A DNA stretch of 64,000 nt from Paramoeba atlantica (taxonomy: Eukaryota > Protista > Discosea). Positions 22,590 through 34,644 of this stretch are shown here, in pieces. The first letter of the stretch is position 1. Each line of letters opens with the position of its first letter. Below the pieces are notes generated by a model. The model ran no database searches. It was given only the letters and a program-made list of their open reading frames with translations, and was not told the DNA's origin. The DNA lies in contig CDRNVI010000028.1 in NCBI GenBank assembly GCA_977017575.1, positions 60,447 through 124,446 on the forward strand, read 5' to 3'. Both the position numbers and the translations under genes were made by a program.

Positions 22590-22876
22590 CCAAAAATCTT
22601 CGCTCTGGATGGCACAGGATGGCACGAAATGGCACAGGATGGCACAGGATAACTGCATAGTATCCAATGATAGTCATGCATACAGCAGAGGTCAACACAG
22701 AGATCGTTTCTCTTATTTTTCCCAGCATAGCATAAGTAAGTTGGCATGAACTGGCACACGACGGCACGTGATGGCACCGGTTAGCTGCACAGTCCACCTA
22801 GAATCTCCTTCACCTTCCCTACCGCGTAACGTACATGCGGGCCTGTGGGTGAAACGTCGTCACCCGCAGCCCCTCA
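22590..22876. repeat. 10-bp GGCACAGGAT-type repeats plus a solo right TIR of Harbinger-like element B type
   Basis: GATGGCACAG repeats at about 22607-22650 and 22745-22780. ACCCGCAGCCCCTC at 22862-22875 is identical to 52386-52399. Confidence 0.45.
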
Positions 22877-23157
22877 CACGCGCGAGGCTTCATGAGTGCT
22901 ACGTGGCAGCCTCCTGGATGTGGAGTTCTCTTCCAAAAGCACCTCTTGATGCCACATGACTTGTCCAACCGTACGATTTAAAATATCACGTGACCTAAAA
23001 TTTTTACGATGATTTTCATGATTTCAACAATTTTTATTCAATTGTTGATTGATTTATCATCCCATTTTTCGTACTTTTCATCGGGACATGTGAAGGGGGT
23101 GACAATACTGTATACAATATAGCCATGTATTCATTGCTCCTCTGAGACTGCAATTCG

Positions 23158-24009
23158 TCAAATTGTAACACAGAGTGGAAGAGGTGTTGAATATTTCAAG
23201 GGCTCCCTGTTGCCTTCAACGTTAAGAATTTGCAGAGATGGCGGAAGAACATCAAAGCTTACTGACCCAACAAAACGATTTCCCCCTATATAAAGTGCTT
23301 TTAACGCGTTGGGTAAATTTCGTAAAACCAGCACGCCCTCAAATGCATTGCCTGACAAATACAATGCACGCAACTCACGCGGAAGCTGTGTCAAATCGAT
23401 AGTACCTACAAAGAAATTATCGTGCAAATAGAGTGCTGTTAATGTAGACGGCAAGAGTGACAGATCTATTTTTCCTTCAAGTCTGTTTTCCATTAAAGAG
23501 ATACTCTCTAATTGTTGTGGAAGGTTCGAAAGATCAAGTGGCCCACTAGAAATATTTTCTGCACACCATAACTCATTCAACTCAAACGGAAGAGTAGTCG
23601 CATCGAATCTTCCACTAAAAGTATTTCTTCCGATACTTATAAGAGCGAGTTCCGCAGGAAAACATGACGTCGGAACACATCCTATAAGATGGTTTTTGCC
23701 AACGTCGAGCCCAAGCAAGCTAGATGGCAAGTACTCCCATACAAGTTTACCTTCTAACGACTCGGCTTTCCACTCAAGTCTAGTGACTTGCTCCTCAACG
23801 TTACAATACACTCCGCGCCATTTACATACAGAACTATCATTAAACATGTCACGCCGGTTCGTGCGGATGTTTGAAACGAAGCGACGCATTTCAATATCTT
23901 GAGAAAGTATGGCACCTCGAACCTTTCCTCGTCGTGAGCTCAGAACAGTGCGTTCGCTATCCTCGGATAAGATACTACGCAAGAAAATGCCAAATGAAAG
24001 AATGTGCAT
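23158..24009 (-). CDS. Leucine-rich repeat protein
   Basis: SSRRGKVRGAILSQDIEMRRF leader, VCKWRGVYC cap, about 8 LRRs. Confidence 0.9.
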   Translation of the reverse strand: MHILSFGIFLRSILSEDSERTVLSSRRGKVRGAILSQDIEMRRFVSNIRTNRRDMFNDSSVCKWRGVYCNVEEQVTRLEWKAESLEGKLVWEYLPSSLLGLDVGKNHLIGCVPTSCFPAELALISIGRNTFSGRFDATTLPFELNELWCAENISSGPLDLSNLPQQLESISLMENRLEGKIDLSLLPSTLTALYLHDNFFVGTIDLTQLPRELRALYLSGNAFEGVLVLRNLPNALKALYIGGNRFVGSVSFDVLPPSLQILNVEGNREPLKYSTPLPLCVTI

Positions 24010-24325
24010 TATGGTGCAACGGGTAAAAGTACTACGGAACTTTTATCAACTAATTACAAAAAGGACTAATAAATACAAAGGACTAAAGAAATACAAAAAG
24101 GACTAATAACAAAAGGGACGTTTCCGTACTAACAACACTGGATACCCAAGTTATTCGGTAATTTTGATCAGGTGAGTTCCATACGCGTTAGTTTTCGAAA
24201 TTAACTCGAAATGTCTCAAATTAAAGTTTCTGGAGTTAAAGATTCCCTTGTACAACATGAAAGTAGTACTTTAAAAAAATGGATTCGGCGTCATAATAAG
24301 GTTTAGAAATCTCAACGATCGTTCT

Positions 24326-25177
24326 TTAAATCCGAACACAGCGTGGAAGAGGTGTTGAATATTTCAAGGTCTCCTTGTTGTTTTGAATATTGAGAATCTG
24401 CAAAGATGAGGGAAGAGCTTCGAAACTCACCGACCCCACAAACCGATTTCCTCCTATGTAAAGCCCTTGTAAAACGTCGGGTAAATTTTGCAAAATGAGT
24501 TCGCCCTCAAAAGCATTGCCTGCAAGATGCAATGACCGCAAGTTAGGGGCTAACTGCGTCAAATCGATAGTTCCTACAAAAACATTATTTTGCAAATAAA
24601 GTTCGCACAACGTACGGGGCAGAAATGTTAAATCTAGTTTTCCTTCAAACCTATTGCCCATTAAAGAGATTTTTTCTACCTCTTTTGGAAGTTTCGTAAG
24701 GTCAAGTGATTTACTGAAACGATTATTTGCGGACCAAAGCGTAGTCAACGCTAATGGAAGAGAAGTCGCATCAAAGCTTTCACTAAATTTGTTGTTTTCA
24801 ATATCTATATAGGAGAGCTCTGAAGGAAAGCATGGGGTCGGAACACGTCCGGTAAGACGATTTCCTATAACTATGAAGCTAACCAAAGTAGATGGTAAGT
24901 ACTCCCACGTTAAATTTCCTTGTAAACGTTGCCTTCTCCAACTAATTTTCTTCACTTTCTCTTCGCTGTCGCATTCCACTCCGCTCCATTTACATACAGA
25001 ACTATCTTTAAACATGTCGTGGCACTCCGCAACTATGTTTGAAATTAAGCGACGCATTTCAATATCTTGAGAAAGTATGGCACCTCGAACCTTTCCTCGT
25101 CGCGAACTCGGAACGGTGCGTTCTCTATCCTCTGCGAAGATACTACGCAAGAAAATACCAAACGAAAGAATGTACAT
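24326..25177 (-). CDS. Leucine-rich repeat protein, tandem paralogue of 23158-24009
   Basis: MYILSFGIFLRSI start at 25177 matches the paralogue; collinear throughout. Confidence 0.9.
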   Translation of the reverse strand: MYILSFGIFLRSIFAEDRERTVPSSRRGKVRGAILSQDIEMRRLISNIVAECHDMFKDSSVCKWSGVECDSEEKVKKISWRRQRLQGNLTWEYLPSTLVSFIVIGNRLTGRVPTPCFPSELSYIDIENNKFSESFDATSLPLALTTLWSANNRFSKSLDLTKLPKEVEKISLMGNRFEGKLDLTFLPRTLCELYLQNNVFVGTIDLTQLAPNLRSLHLAGNAFEGELILQNLPDVLQGLYIGGNRFVGSVSFEALPSSLQILNIQNNKETLKYSTPLPRCVRI

Positions 25178-25644
25178 TACGGAAAAATGTGTATTAATTG
25201 CAGCGAATAACATGCCGTACGCAGTCTGCATTTTACACAGGCAGTCTGTATGTTACACAGTTATACAGTGTACATTACACTATTACAGTGTATATTACAC
25301 AGATAACACAATTGCATAACCAAAGGCAAACAAAAAATTGTGGCCTTTTTGTTGTGAAAAAAATCATGCCTTACTTAATATTCTTCAGAATTATGAAAAA
25401 CGGGGTCCTCGCTATCTTTCTTGCAAGTTGTCGTCTTTTCTGGGACTTGGTGTCCCTTGCAACTTGGTTTCCTTTCTGGGTTTTTGGGGATCCCAAATGG
25501 TCTGTAATGTGCGCATGCGCCATTGAAGGTAAGGTAAAGTATCCTAGGAAACATCTCTATTTCGTTAAAGGTTCAACGCTGAGTACATTGGCCGTATGCT
25601 CTGTGGGACAAAGCTCATGTTCGGAATAAATGTCACAAGCTCCA

Positions 25645-25760
25645 AGGACAGGATACTGCGCAAAAAAATGCCAAACGAAAGAATGTACATTGCGGAAAAA
25701 TGTATATTAATCGCAACGAATAACATGTGGTATACAGTCCGTATGTTACACAGATAAAAT
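25645..25760 (-). pseudogene. 5' stub of a third tandem LRR copy
   Basis: MYILSFGIFLRSIL plus upstream sequence matching 25140-25250, then similarity is lost. Confidence 0.6.
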
Positions 25761-25903
25761 GACAGATAAAACTTGTCAGAAACATCGCAGAAGTGCATAA
25801 ATTTTATGCACTTCTTTTATTAAAATCGAATAATTGTTAAATAAAATCAACAAGAAACAAAGATGATCACTAATCAGAGCTCTACTTTCGAGAACAAACC
25901 CTT

Positions 25904-26752
25904 TTATTCGAACCTACCCCCAACTTTAACACGGCTCGACAATGGGGAAGGTAACAACAGGTTGCCCACATTTCTACGAATATTTACTTCAGTCAGCGAA
26001 TTGGGCAGTGTGTTCACGTAAAGCTCACCAGAAAAACAATTTGAATGGAGATTAAGTCTCGTCATTGATGTCGGAAGGCATCGCAGGTCAAGATCACCTA
26101 CAAGGTTGTTCTGATGAAGCGACAAGATTTCCATTCCGTGTGGAAGCTTCGTCAAATCAATAGGCCCAGTAAAAGCGTTTTCTTGCAGGTACAAACTTCG
26201 CAAAGACATCGGAAGGCACGTCAGCTCAATGGATCCGACAAAATTATTTTTCACAACAGAAAACACCTTTATAACAGGAGGTAATGAAGTTAAGTCTAGA
26301 ATCCCTGAAAAGTCTGTGCCTGCAGACCAAAGTTCGGTTAATTCGTTTGGAAGTTCTGTCGCATGAAATGGTCCAAAGAATCGATTCTCTTGCATATTCA
26401 AATATTCCAGCATTGGCGGTAACACGCGCGTGGGGAGCTCTCCCGAGAGACGGTTGCTCGCTAGATTCACGTTTAAAACGGTCGAGGGTATGCACTCCCA
26501 GGTAAGATTTCCGGACATCTTCTCATATGACCAATCGATCTCTACAACCTCGGCTTGATCGCTACAAGTAACACCGTTCCAAGTGCAGACATCGTCACCC
26601 TCAGTAAATTTCAGACTTTCTATTTCAGCAACAAATCGGCGCATCAGCATGTGCTGTGGGAGAATAGCGCCGCGAACTTTACCACGCCGCGAACTGGTAG
26701 GGAGTTGAGTGTCACTCGATTTCACAGTCCCAGAGAGAGCGATGGAGAACAT
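25904..26752 (-). CDS. Leucine-rich repeat protein
   Basis: SSRRGKVRGAILPQHMLMRRF leader, VCTWNGVTC cap, LRRs. Confidence 0.9.
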   Translation of the reverse strand: MFSIALSGTVKSSDTQLPTSSRRGKVRGAILPQHMLMRRFVAEIESLKFTEGDDVCTWNGVTCSDQAEVVEIDWSYEKMSGNLTWECIPSTVLNVNLASNRLSGELPTRVLPPMLEYLNMQENRFFGPFHATELPNELTELWSAGTDFSGILDLTSLPPVIKVFSVVKNNFVGSIELTCLPMSLRSLYLQENAFTGPIDLTKLPHGMEILSLHQNNLVGDLDLRCLPTSMTRLNLHSNCFSGELYVNTLPNSLTEVNIRRNVGNLLLPSPLSSRVKVGGRFE

Positions 26753-26966
26753 ACAAACTTAATCTTCTAGGCAAAGAAATGCGTTCAACCTTTACATGAA
26801 GCCTTCGTCTCGCTTTTTCATTTGAGAAACTGCGGGTTTACACCCTTAAGGGACCTAAACACCAGTTCCCTCCTTTAGTTCCTATACATCACTCTTTTTA
26901 AAAGATGAAGCTTATTTTTCGTTACCATTTTACATTTCGTTATCCTTCAACGGGACAAACGTTTTT

Positions 26967-29276
26967 TTACACTATTAAGGGGGCTATTATCGCGTTCCAA
27001 TATGGCTCCCATCTCTGGTTTTCATACTCACTCCAAAGTTGATCGCATAGCGTTCTGTAAGAGATGCCCGATGACACATTACATCTCGACCTGTCTTCCA
27101 GCATGATCTCACGTCGCCTCCATAATTTACGGAAAATATTCGCACGACGTTTCACCCAGTAGAACGCGAGAGAAATCAAAATCCGTGGCTTGTTCCCGAT
27201 GAAAGCTTTTTCTTTATTCCACGGGTTTTGCTGTTCTAAAGCTGCTAACTCTACCGAATATCGTGCTGTGTTTTTCGCCCCTTGATGATTATTTACGTCC
27301 TTACTTTGCATCAGACAACTTTGCATAACGTCGGCCATTTGGTGCGCATTTTGAATACGCCATCCTCCAAAGCATTCGATGGGGTTTTCTGTTTTTCGTT
27401 TTTCTTTTAAAGAATTCTGATCTTCTTTGTCACACTTTAATGAATTCTTACTATGTTTTTCACTTTTTTTCAAATTCAAATCGATACCCTTTGATGCTCT
27501 CGCTGGCATACGCTCCGCTAGGGCGGGGTAATCCAGCGCAATCGCAGGAACCCCACAGCCCCATAAATCTAAAATTTTCATCGGGAAATCCATTTCGCTG
27601 GTACTGCGATGCACGCAGATGCCCACATCGGCACTGCCCACCGCTTGGGCGTACGTTTCATAGTTTGTGAAATAAGTCGGATAAAGATGAGGCCACAGGG
27701 AGGGATACTCTTTTTCTACAGTTTCTAAAAAACAGTTTTTAGTCGGGCCTTCCCCGGTAAGGATGACACACCAGGAAACTACGGAATTCGTCTCTTCTTC
27801 TCCGTGTCTCGAGAGCGTTGAGTTTTTTCTCGATAACAAACGACATTGGAGCTCGTAAAGTGCAGAGAGCAGAAGACGCCAGTCGTCGTCCACACCCCAA
27901 CTGCAGTTCATTATGAAAATAAACGGGAAAAAGTTTGTTTTCTTCCTTTTAGAAAGCGCGGCTTCCGGGAGATAATCTCTCCAAAACGTTTGTTTCTCCT
28001 GCGCATCGGTTCTGCGTGTGAAACACACACTTTTGGGCGCGTAGTCTCGGAACACAACCATGCGAGGCGGCGTAAGTTTATCCCCTTCTCGTTCTCTTGT
28101 TTTCACGAACTGTTCCTGTAAATGTGCAGCCAATGCCTCGCTGACACATACATTCAGGTCACCATAACCCCAGCGGTATTCGAAATGTCGAAAGATTCTA
28201 TAAAGCATACGCGGCGGATTTCTTTGATATAAAATACTGTGGCTTAGATTATGCCAGTCCACAAGCAAAACCGCTTTTGTGGCCCAGGCGTGAATTTGCA
28301 ACAAGGGAAGAAAAGGGAAAAACGGGGGATTTTGTATGACATAGTATCGAACCGGATACCGCCTGGATCTTGCAAGGTCCCACCAAATGGTTTTACAAAA
28401 CCACACGGTTGTGTAGGTCCAGCGCGTAACAAAAACAAGTCCCGTGATCACACCCAGAAGAAGTCCTAGAAAAACACGCACAGGTGTGAAAATAAATCTT
28501 GCGGTCAAAGTCGAGGATCGTGCGAAACGGTTTGATAGGCTCAACGCGCAACTGAAAAGGCGAGAAAGATTGCCTGGCGAAAGGAAAATGCTTTGCAGAG
28601 GTCGAAACATCTTAAATTTGTAAGGTTTCAGATGCATACAAATGCGGTTTTGCTCTATCAAATCACGTATGGCACGACACGGGGGATGTGGACTGTCATA
28701 GGCAATCACATGTACCAAACCGGGAGAAGAAACATTCGCAAAACTTTGCATCCTCCAAGCAGATTCGTCAGATTTATGTACAGATTTCAATGAGCAGGAA
28801 TCCAAGGGGCCTGACATTTCCTTGTTTAAGAATTCAGTTGTGGGTACATATGTACAAGGGGAAGCCAAATTCGTTTTTTTTAGCAAATGTTCAGCTAGAG
28901 ATAGGGTGTGGTATTGCATTCGAGGAGATCGTGAAAAAGGACCGCCTACAACAACAGCAACATCGAAATATTCACAATCATTCGTTCCGCTACACTGGGA
29001 TATGCTCTCCGTAAAATGGCGTTCAGAAAACTTCGTTCGGGTAATCGTTGGTTTCCTTCTGTATTTTCGATATATGATCCAAGAGAAACACAAAAATATG
29101 GCAGCAAACAATCTGAAGAATATGTGGATCCAAACACAGCTGTCTTCCGCGTACGTATCAAAGAAGATATCAAGAAAATTGACATCTCGTGGGTGTTGCG
29201 CTAGTGATAAAATATTCGAAGATGTCAAGAGCGACAGGAGGTGTGGCGGAGAAAAGAAAGTCACCAAAAAGCTCAT
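26967..29276 (-). CDS. ALG1: Chitobiosyldiphosphodolichol beta-1,4-mannosyltransferase
   Basis: VVVGGPFSRSPRMQYH, QNPP, LVDWHN and SADVGICVHRSTSEMDFPMKILDLWGCGVP motifs; N-terminal TM segment. Confidence 0.9.
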   Translation of the reverse strand: MSFLVTFFSPPHLLSLLTSSNILSLAQHPRDVNFLDIFFDTYAEDSCVWIHIFFRLFAAIFLCFSWIIYRKYRRKPTITRTKFSERHFTESISQCSGTNDCEYFDVAVVVGGPFSRSPRMQYHTLSLAEHLLKKTNLASPCTYVPTTEFLNKEMSGPLDSCSLKSVHKSDESAWRMQSFANVSSPGLVHVIAYDSPHPPCRAIRDLIEQNRICMHLKPYKFKMFRPLQSIFLSPGNLSRLFSCALSLSNRFARSSTLTARFIFTPVRVFLGLLLGVITGLVFVTRWTYTTVWFCKTIWWDLARSRRYPVRYYVIQNPPFFPFLPLLQIHAWATKAVLLVDWHNLSHSILYQRNPPRMLYRIFRHFEYRWGYGDLNVCVSEALAAHLQEQFVKTREREGDKLTPPRMVVFRDYAPKSVCFTRRTDAQEKQTFWRDYLPEAALSKRKKTNFFPFIFIMNCSWGVDDDWRLLLSALYELQCRLLSRKNSTLSRHGEEETNSVVSWCVILTGEGPTKNCFLETVEKEYPSLWPHLYPTYFTNYETYAQAVGSADVGICVHRSTSEMDFPMKILDLWGCGVPAIALDYPALAERMPARASKGIDLNLKKSEKHSKNSLKCDKEDQNSLKEKRKTENPIECFGGWRIQNAHQMADVMQSCLMQSKDVNNHQGAKNTARYSVELAALEQQNPWNKEKAFIGNKPRILISLAFYWVKRRANIFRKLWRRREIMLEDRSRCNVSSGISYRTLCDQLWSEYENQRWEPYWNAIIAPLIV

Positions 29277-29582
29277 TGAGCAACCTTTTTACGCAATCAA
29301 AATAATATTCAACTACTCAATGCTAGCTGTACAATGCTGACGTATTCCTCCTTTTCCGTCGTTTTTCATACAATTTGTAAAAAGTGTTATAAAAAACACA
29401 AACATTCTATTTTATAAAAATAGTAATATATTTATATTATCGTATTTATAAAATAGACAAAAAACAATGGCTAATGTCGTAAACTAGGTCGTCTCTAAGC
29501 TAGTGTTCTCTAAGCTAATGTCGTCTCTAGGCTAATGTCGTAAACTTTACACTTAAAATTCTTCCGTGAAAATGTAATCGTA

Positions 29583-31501
29583 CAGGGGGGCGCGATGTTT
29601 CTGGGGGGTCTAAAATTCGCAATATTTGTCCGACTTTGGAAAGTAATAGCGCATTCGAGAGCTCTTGGAAGGTCTGATACTTTTGCGCAATGCTACACAG
29701 GCGGTTACAGTGGTTACTAAGGCAAAAATATACGTTTCTTCGCCTAAAATACCGTTTTTCCTAAACTGCAAGTCGTCTTTTACACTCCGCAGAATATAAG
29801 GATAGCTCATGCATACAGGGGTGAAAACTTCCATCTGGGGGGGTTCCAAAATTTGGAAAATTTGCTCAATTTTGTAAAATAATAGCGCATTGGAGAGCTC
29901 TCGCAGAGTTGTATGTCTTTGGCGTATTCGGAACGCTCGACTTGAAAGATTTAATCTGATGACAAAAAAATAATTTTTTTTTCCTGTGAAAATATGGCAA
30001 TTTTTTGTTTTTCCCCATTTTATGTCTCAAAAGCCAGTTCGCTCAAGGACTTCCCGTGGTGTTTTGAGCGCACGCTCCTATGCCTCACCAGGGAAGATTA
30101 AGGAAAGTCACAGGATGCTTTTTGTGGCGGACTTTGAGAAAACAGAGTCTTATTCCCGGACTGCCCAAAATTTTGGTGTCCACGAGGGAACTGCGAAACT
30201 CTGGGTGGAAAGATTTAATTGCACTGACGACGTGGCCAGTCCATCCCCTACGCGTCAACCTAGGGTCACCACCTCTGATCTTATGAAAGTATCTTTAAAG
30301 CTTATTGATGACGCTTATCGTGACCTCCCTTATGGTATCTCCACTTGGAGCGAGCTCTGGAGAGAGGTAAAGCGACGTGGCTTCACATGTTCAATAACAT
30401 CCCTAAGGAACATGTTGAAAAACTCAAAAGAAAAAATTGTGCTCAGAACAGCTTTAAAGACCCCTTTCTTATCTAATAATCATAAGGAGCGCAGAGTGCA
30501 ATTTGCCACTGAAATGCTACAGTGGAGCGACGCTGCGCTGGAAAATATTATTTTCTGCGACGAAAAAAAATTTACGTGCAAAAGATCCGCCCGACCCACG
30601 TACCTTTGCCGAAAATCTGACCCCCCCAAAGAACAAACAGGGGAATTAGAACCCTATCATGGTGGAGAAGGTATTATGGTTTGGATGGGGGTGAGCTTAA
30701 AGCATGGGTTTCATTTACACGTCTTTCCTACCCATGATTCTCAAGGAAACAAAGTAACTGTAAAGGGACAAAATTTTTATGAAGCCATGAAAAAAAGGGG
30801 GGGTCTGTTCCAATATTTAAGGAGACATCGGGCCACAATAGTGATGGACAATTGCCCGGCACATAATAAGGCTCGTGCCGCGGCCCAAGAAAAGGGTTAT
30901 TCTTGGCTCCGATGGCCAGCACGATCCCCTGATCTAAACCCCATAGAAAATCTTTGGTCAATAATGGACGGGACAAAGGACTAAATTCAACCCAAAAATC
31001 AACAACAATTACTCTCCGCAATTCATGATTCCTATGATAAACTTAATATCTATCTAATTTTGAGAATACGCTAAAAAGCTTCAGAAAGCGTTGTAGAATC
31101 ATTGTAGAAAAGAACGGTGCACATTGCGGATACTAACAGGGGTTACTAACAATCTTCTTGGGGGGGAAAACGTTATTTTTTAATTTTTTTGTATCATTTT
31201 TCAAGTGACAATTCGAGTTTTTGACCTATTCGGCATTTGTAGTTCCACTTTGATATGTTAAAAGCTACCAGTACGAAGACATACAACTCCGCAAGAGTTC
31301 TCGAATGCGCTATTATTTTACAAAATTGAAAAGTTTTTACAAATTTTAGACCCCGCCAGATGAAAGTTTTCACCCCTGTATGTTGAAATAAATTGCGCGA
31401 CAGCATCATACCTTCCAAGAGCTCTCGAATGCGCTATTACTTTCCAAAATTGGTCAAATATTACAATTTTTAGACCCCCCCAGAAACATCACGCCCCCAT
31501 G
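29583..31501 (+). mobile_element. Tc1-like transposon with long IR/DR-type termini
   Basis: TA|CAGGGGGGCGCGATGTTTCTGGGGGGTCTAAAATT... and its inverse ...AGAAACATCACGCCCCCATG|TA. A second inner repeat occurs at about 29813-29920 and 31280-31385. Confidence 0.9.
29986..31134 (+). pseudogene. Tc1-like transposase, frameshifted near the C-terminus
   Basis: HTH (AQNFGVHEGTAKLWVERF), IFCDEKKF, VMDNCPAH and WPARSPDLNPIENLW. The C-terminus continues in other frames to ..IVEKNGAHCGY*. Confidence 0.9.
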
Positions 31502-32875
31502 TATGAAGACAAGGCACCAGTTTTTTTTTAATTCATGCTGCTGCAAAGCCAATTTGTGGGTCATTCATACGTTGTGATTCCGGGAACATACCTCTCCTTC
31601 TGTTCCGGGAACACAGGGAGCACCGCTCCGGGAGGAGAGAGACACGGATATTTTATAAACTGCAGACTAACATTTCTAACTGTAAACTAGAGATTTCTCG
31701 CCTACCTAGCGATTTACATACCCTGGACTCAGCTCCAAGTAAACTGAGCATCATTAAACACAACTAAACATTTTTCTCTTTCATTTACAAGTACAATTAT
31801 GTTTCGTATGTATATTATATTGTGTACCTGGTTGGGTATCACAATGCATGTATCGGCTCTCCACGTGAATAAGAAGTATATAATGAAGTGAATAAGAAGC
31901 AATTCTGATTAAAATGAGCTAGAAATCCTTTTACTGCTTCCTTTTTTCAATATGCAACGCCGCCAGATTGCAAAGCGGGTTCGATCCTCCATGCCAAACG
32001 ATTCCTCGCAACACGTCGATCCCGAGAGTAACCCGCCTTCTATGAGTCAGAGATTGACTCCAAGACGTCAGAACGGGGCAGAAGAGCGAAGAGAAATTTC
32101 AGGCGCAGTGGAAAGGAGTATTGTAGGTTCATACAGCCAAGCGGCTGTAACTGCTTCGCAATTAAAAACACCACGAAAACCAACTTCATATCGCCGTCGC
32201 TCCGGAAATGTGGCCGACCCTTTGCGGGACGGCGGCCTGTAATCAGCGTCATGTACGTCGGTGCCCAATCCCTTGTTTTACTTCCTGTGTACCACAAACG
32301 GAAAAAAGCATTTAGCGGACAGGAAATGGCGCAACATCTCATGACGATGCTTAAGGGTGGTCTAGGCGCAAAAACCAAGAGACGATTTCGTAGGCGTATG
32401 TGCTGTCAACCATGTCGCGCGTGCTTCTACGAAACAGGAATAATGATAAATTTATGATGATAAATTTATGTCTAGTATAAGATATTCTATATTCACAGAA
32501 TCACAGGAATGTTGCCCTCCATCCCACCCGGCCGAAGCGTACCACACAAGAGAAAAGGCCCAATCGTGAGTACAAAAATGTTTTATACCATTTTATGCCT
32601 TATCCTTTTATGAAAGCCGGCCAATATAAATTTATGATCACCATTAGCAAATTACTCCAAATACATAGTACGATATGTAGTAGATATGACTTGCACATGT
32701 TTGGATATATCACTATTCAAATATTCTTGATAAAAAAATGAAAAATGTTTTTAGTAACAAAGCATAAATGAATCTTATTAATACCATAAATTAATCTTAT
32801 TCTTGATTTACTACATCACTTCCTTCTTTATGATCACCGAGAATTAGGTAAATAATCGTATGCCATGAAATCTAT

Positions 32876-33170
32876 CTAAAACAGTGGTGCATAAGGAAAA
32901 AGACGTTCTTCATCCTCTGAAGATATTCGCGTGCCCTTAACGCCTATTTCTACCAAACCCTTTGGAAAGCTGGAAACGTCGAATTCAATGTTAAGGTCAG
33001 AGTTGCCTTCTATAGAAAGACTCCGAAGCGATTCTGGAAAATTCTCTAAACATATAACACCCGTGAAATTGTTATCCTGGCAATCTAGATGCTCGAGTAG
33101 CGGGGGCAGATTATGCAAATTGAGCGGTCCTGTTGCACCTGCCAATTTTGGCCTATGCGGCCTTTTTGGC
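32876..33170 (-). pseudogene. 5'-truncated LRR gene fragment
   Basis: GPLNLHNLPPLLEHLDCQDNNFTGVICLENFPESLRSLSIEGN; no ATG or leader. Confidence 0.7.
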
Positions 33171-33337
33171 TAATTTTTGTTGCATTTTGCAGATCTCAGT
33201 GTTAATATCGTGTTGAAACCAACACCTGTTCAATTTTCCGAAACCAATAATTTTGGTACAAAAAATACGAAAAATTCATCCCCAAAAAATGCAAAAATAC
33301 AAGAAAAAGTCCCTCTTTTGTCTGTTTGATCTGATTT

Positions 33338-33667
33338 TTGTCGAAAATGGGGAAAAGATGCCGTCTAAATCGTCGCCAGCTTTCGCCGGAGCAAACATCT
33401 TATGCCACTAGGGTGGTTTGCGCTCATGAGGTGGATCAAGGGGCCTCTTTGCGCGAGACAGCTCAAATGATGAACTGTTCACACACTTCTGTATCGCGCT
33501 ACATTAAGCGTTTTGAAGAAACGGGTGATGTAGAGCGAAAGAAGTACACACGCGAAAACACCTGTGATACTGACGAGTTTCGACAGATGCTTGCTGGAAA
33601 AAACAGCAATAAACAGCCTCCCAACTCGATTACAAGAGCTGCGGGACAAAAATGGTGGCTCCATTGA
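33338..33667 (+). pseudogene. Tc1/IS630-like transposase N-terminal HTH fragment
   Basis: GASLRETAQMMNCSHTSVSRYIKRFEETGDV; no catalytic domain follows. Confidence 0.65.
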
Positions 33668-33813
33668 CTACTGAATGTTAAATATGATATTTTTTGGTAG
33701 CCAAACGGATTTGCAAAAACAATAGAATTCTTGTTTTCGGAGCCCAAAAAATCACCCTACCCCGTCTACTCTTGTACTCAGAATGGTTTTAACACGATAT
33801 TAACACTGAGAGC

Positions 33814-34542
33814 TTTAGGCTCTTCGTTAAACGCGGTGGTTGTTTTCAACTTAGAAGCCCCTCATGCTGCGAGCTTCGCGTTGAAAAATCCCGCCGCGTT
33901 TAATGAAAAGCCTAAAAAATAAAATTTGGCTTCGAAAGTAGAAATTGGAAGGATTGGAGCCACAAATAGCCGATTTTGGGGTAAAATTCGGGTGCTTTTT
34001 GGGTATTTTTGCTCTCAGAGCACTAAATCCGACATTTGCGTGTGGGAAATCACTCGTAGGCATGCATGAAAGCCTACCAAACGTATTGGGTAGAGAATGC
34101 GACTCCAACCACACCATTCTTTCGACACAAAAAGGCCCCTTGTGGTCCGAAAAATACTTTTTTGCCATTGTTTTCGCCAAGTTGAAATTATTTTCAAATA
34201 AAAAATTCCGAAAAAATCCGAACTTGGCGGACCCGTCCTGCGGATACGCGGGGCGGTCACCCCCGGGTAGGGGGGGTGGAAAATGCGCGCCAAGACCCCG
34301 GCTACCCCTTCTGCGGGTTTGTTTCTAAAAATATTTTTTTTTCAAAAAAAAATCGTGCGGTATGCCCCCCCCTAGACCCCCCATTTTTTTCAATCTTTTT
34401 TTCAATTTTGAACCACCGGAGCCCCCTTTTGTATATGGTTTTCTTCTATTATATTACTGTGTTCCTCTATATATTTTCACTGTTTTTGTTCACTTTTTTT
34501 TCAATAATCAAGGGTAGAGCGGTAGTTCTACAACCACCGCAA
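33814..34542 (-). mobile_element. Hairpin-ended non-autonomous element, copy 3 (more diverged)
   Basis: Reverse-oriented match to 19604-20497 including both termini. Confidence 0.85.
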
Positions 34543-34644
34543 TTAAAGCATATGAGCATAAATTGCCTCGTGCAATCAATTTACTTTCAAGCTTGAAGTA
34601 TAGCAAATATGAAAAAGGTACCTAAAGAAAGAAAATGGTACACT

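Noticed and set aside
31952-32457. Possible plus-strand gene
   Set aside because: Short broken ORFs with no recognisable domain, opposite to the cluster strand.
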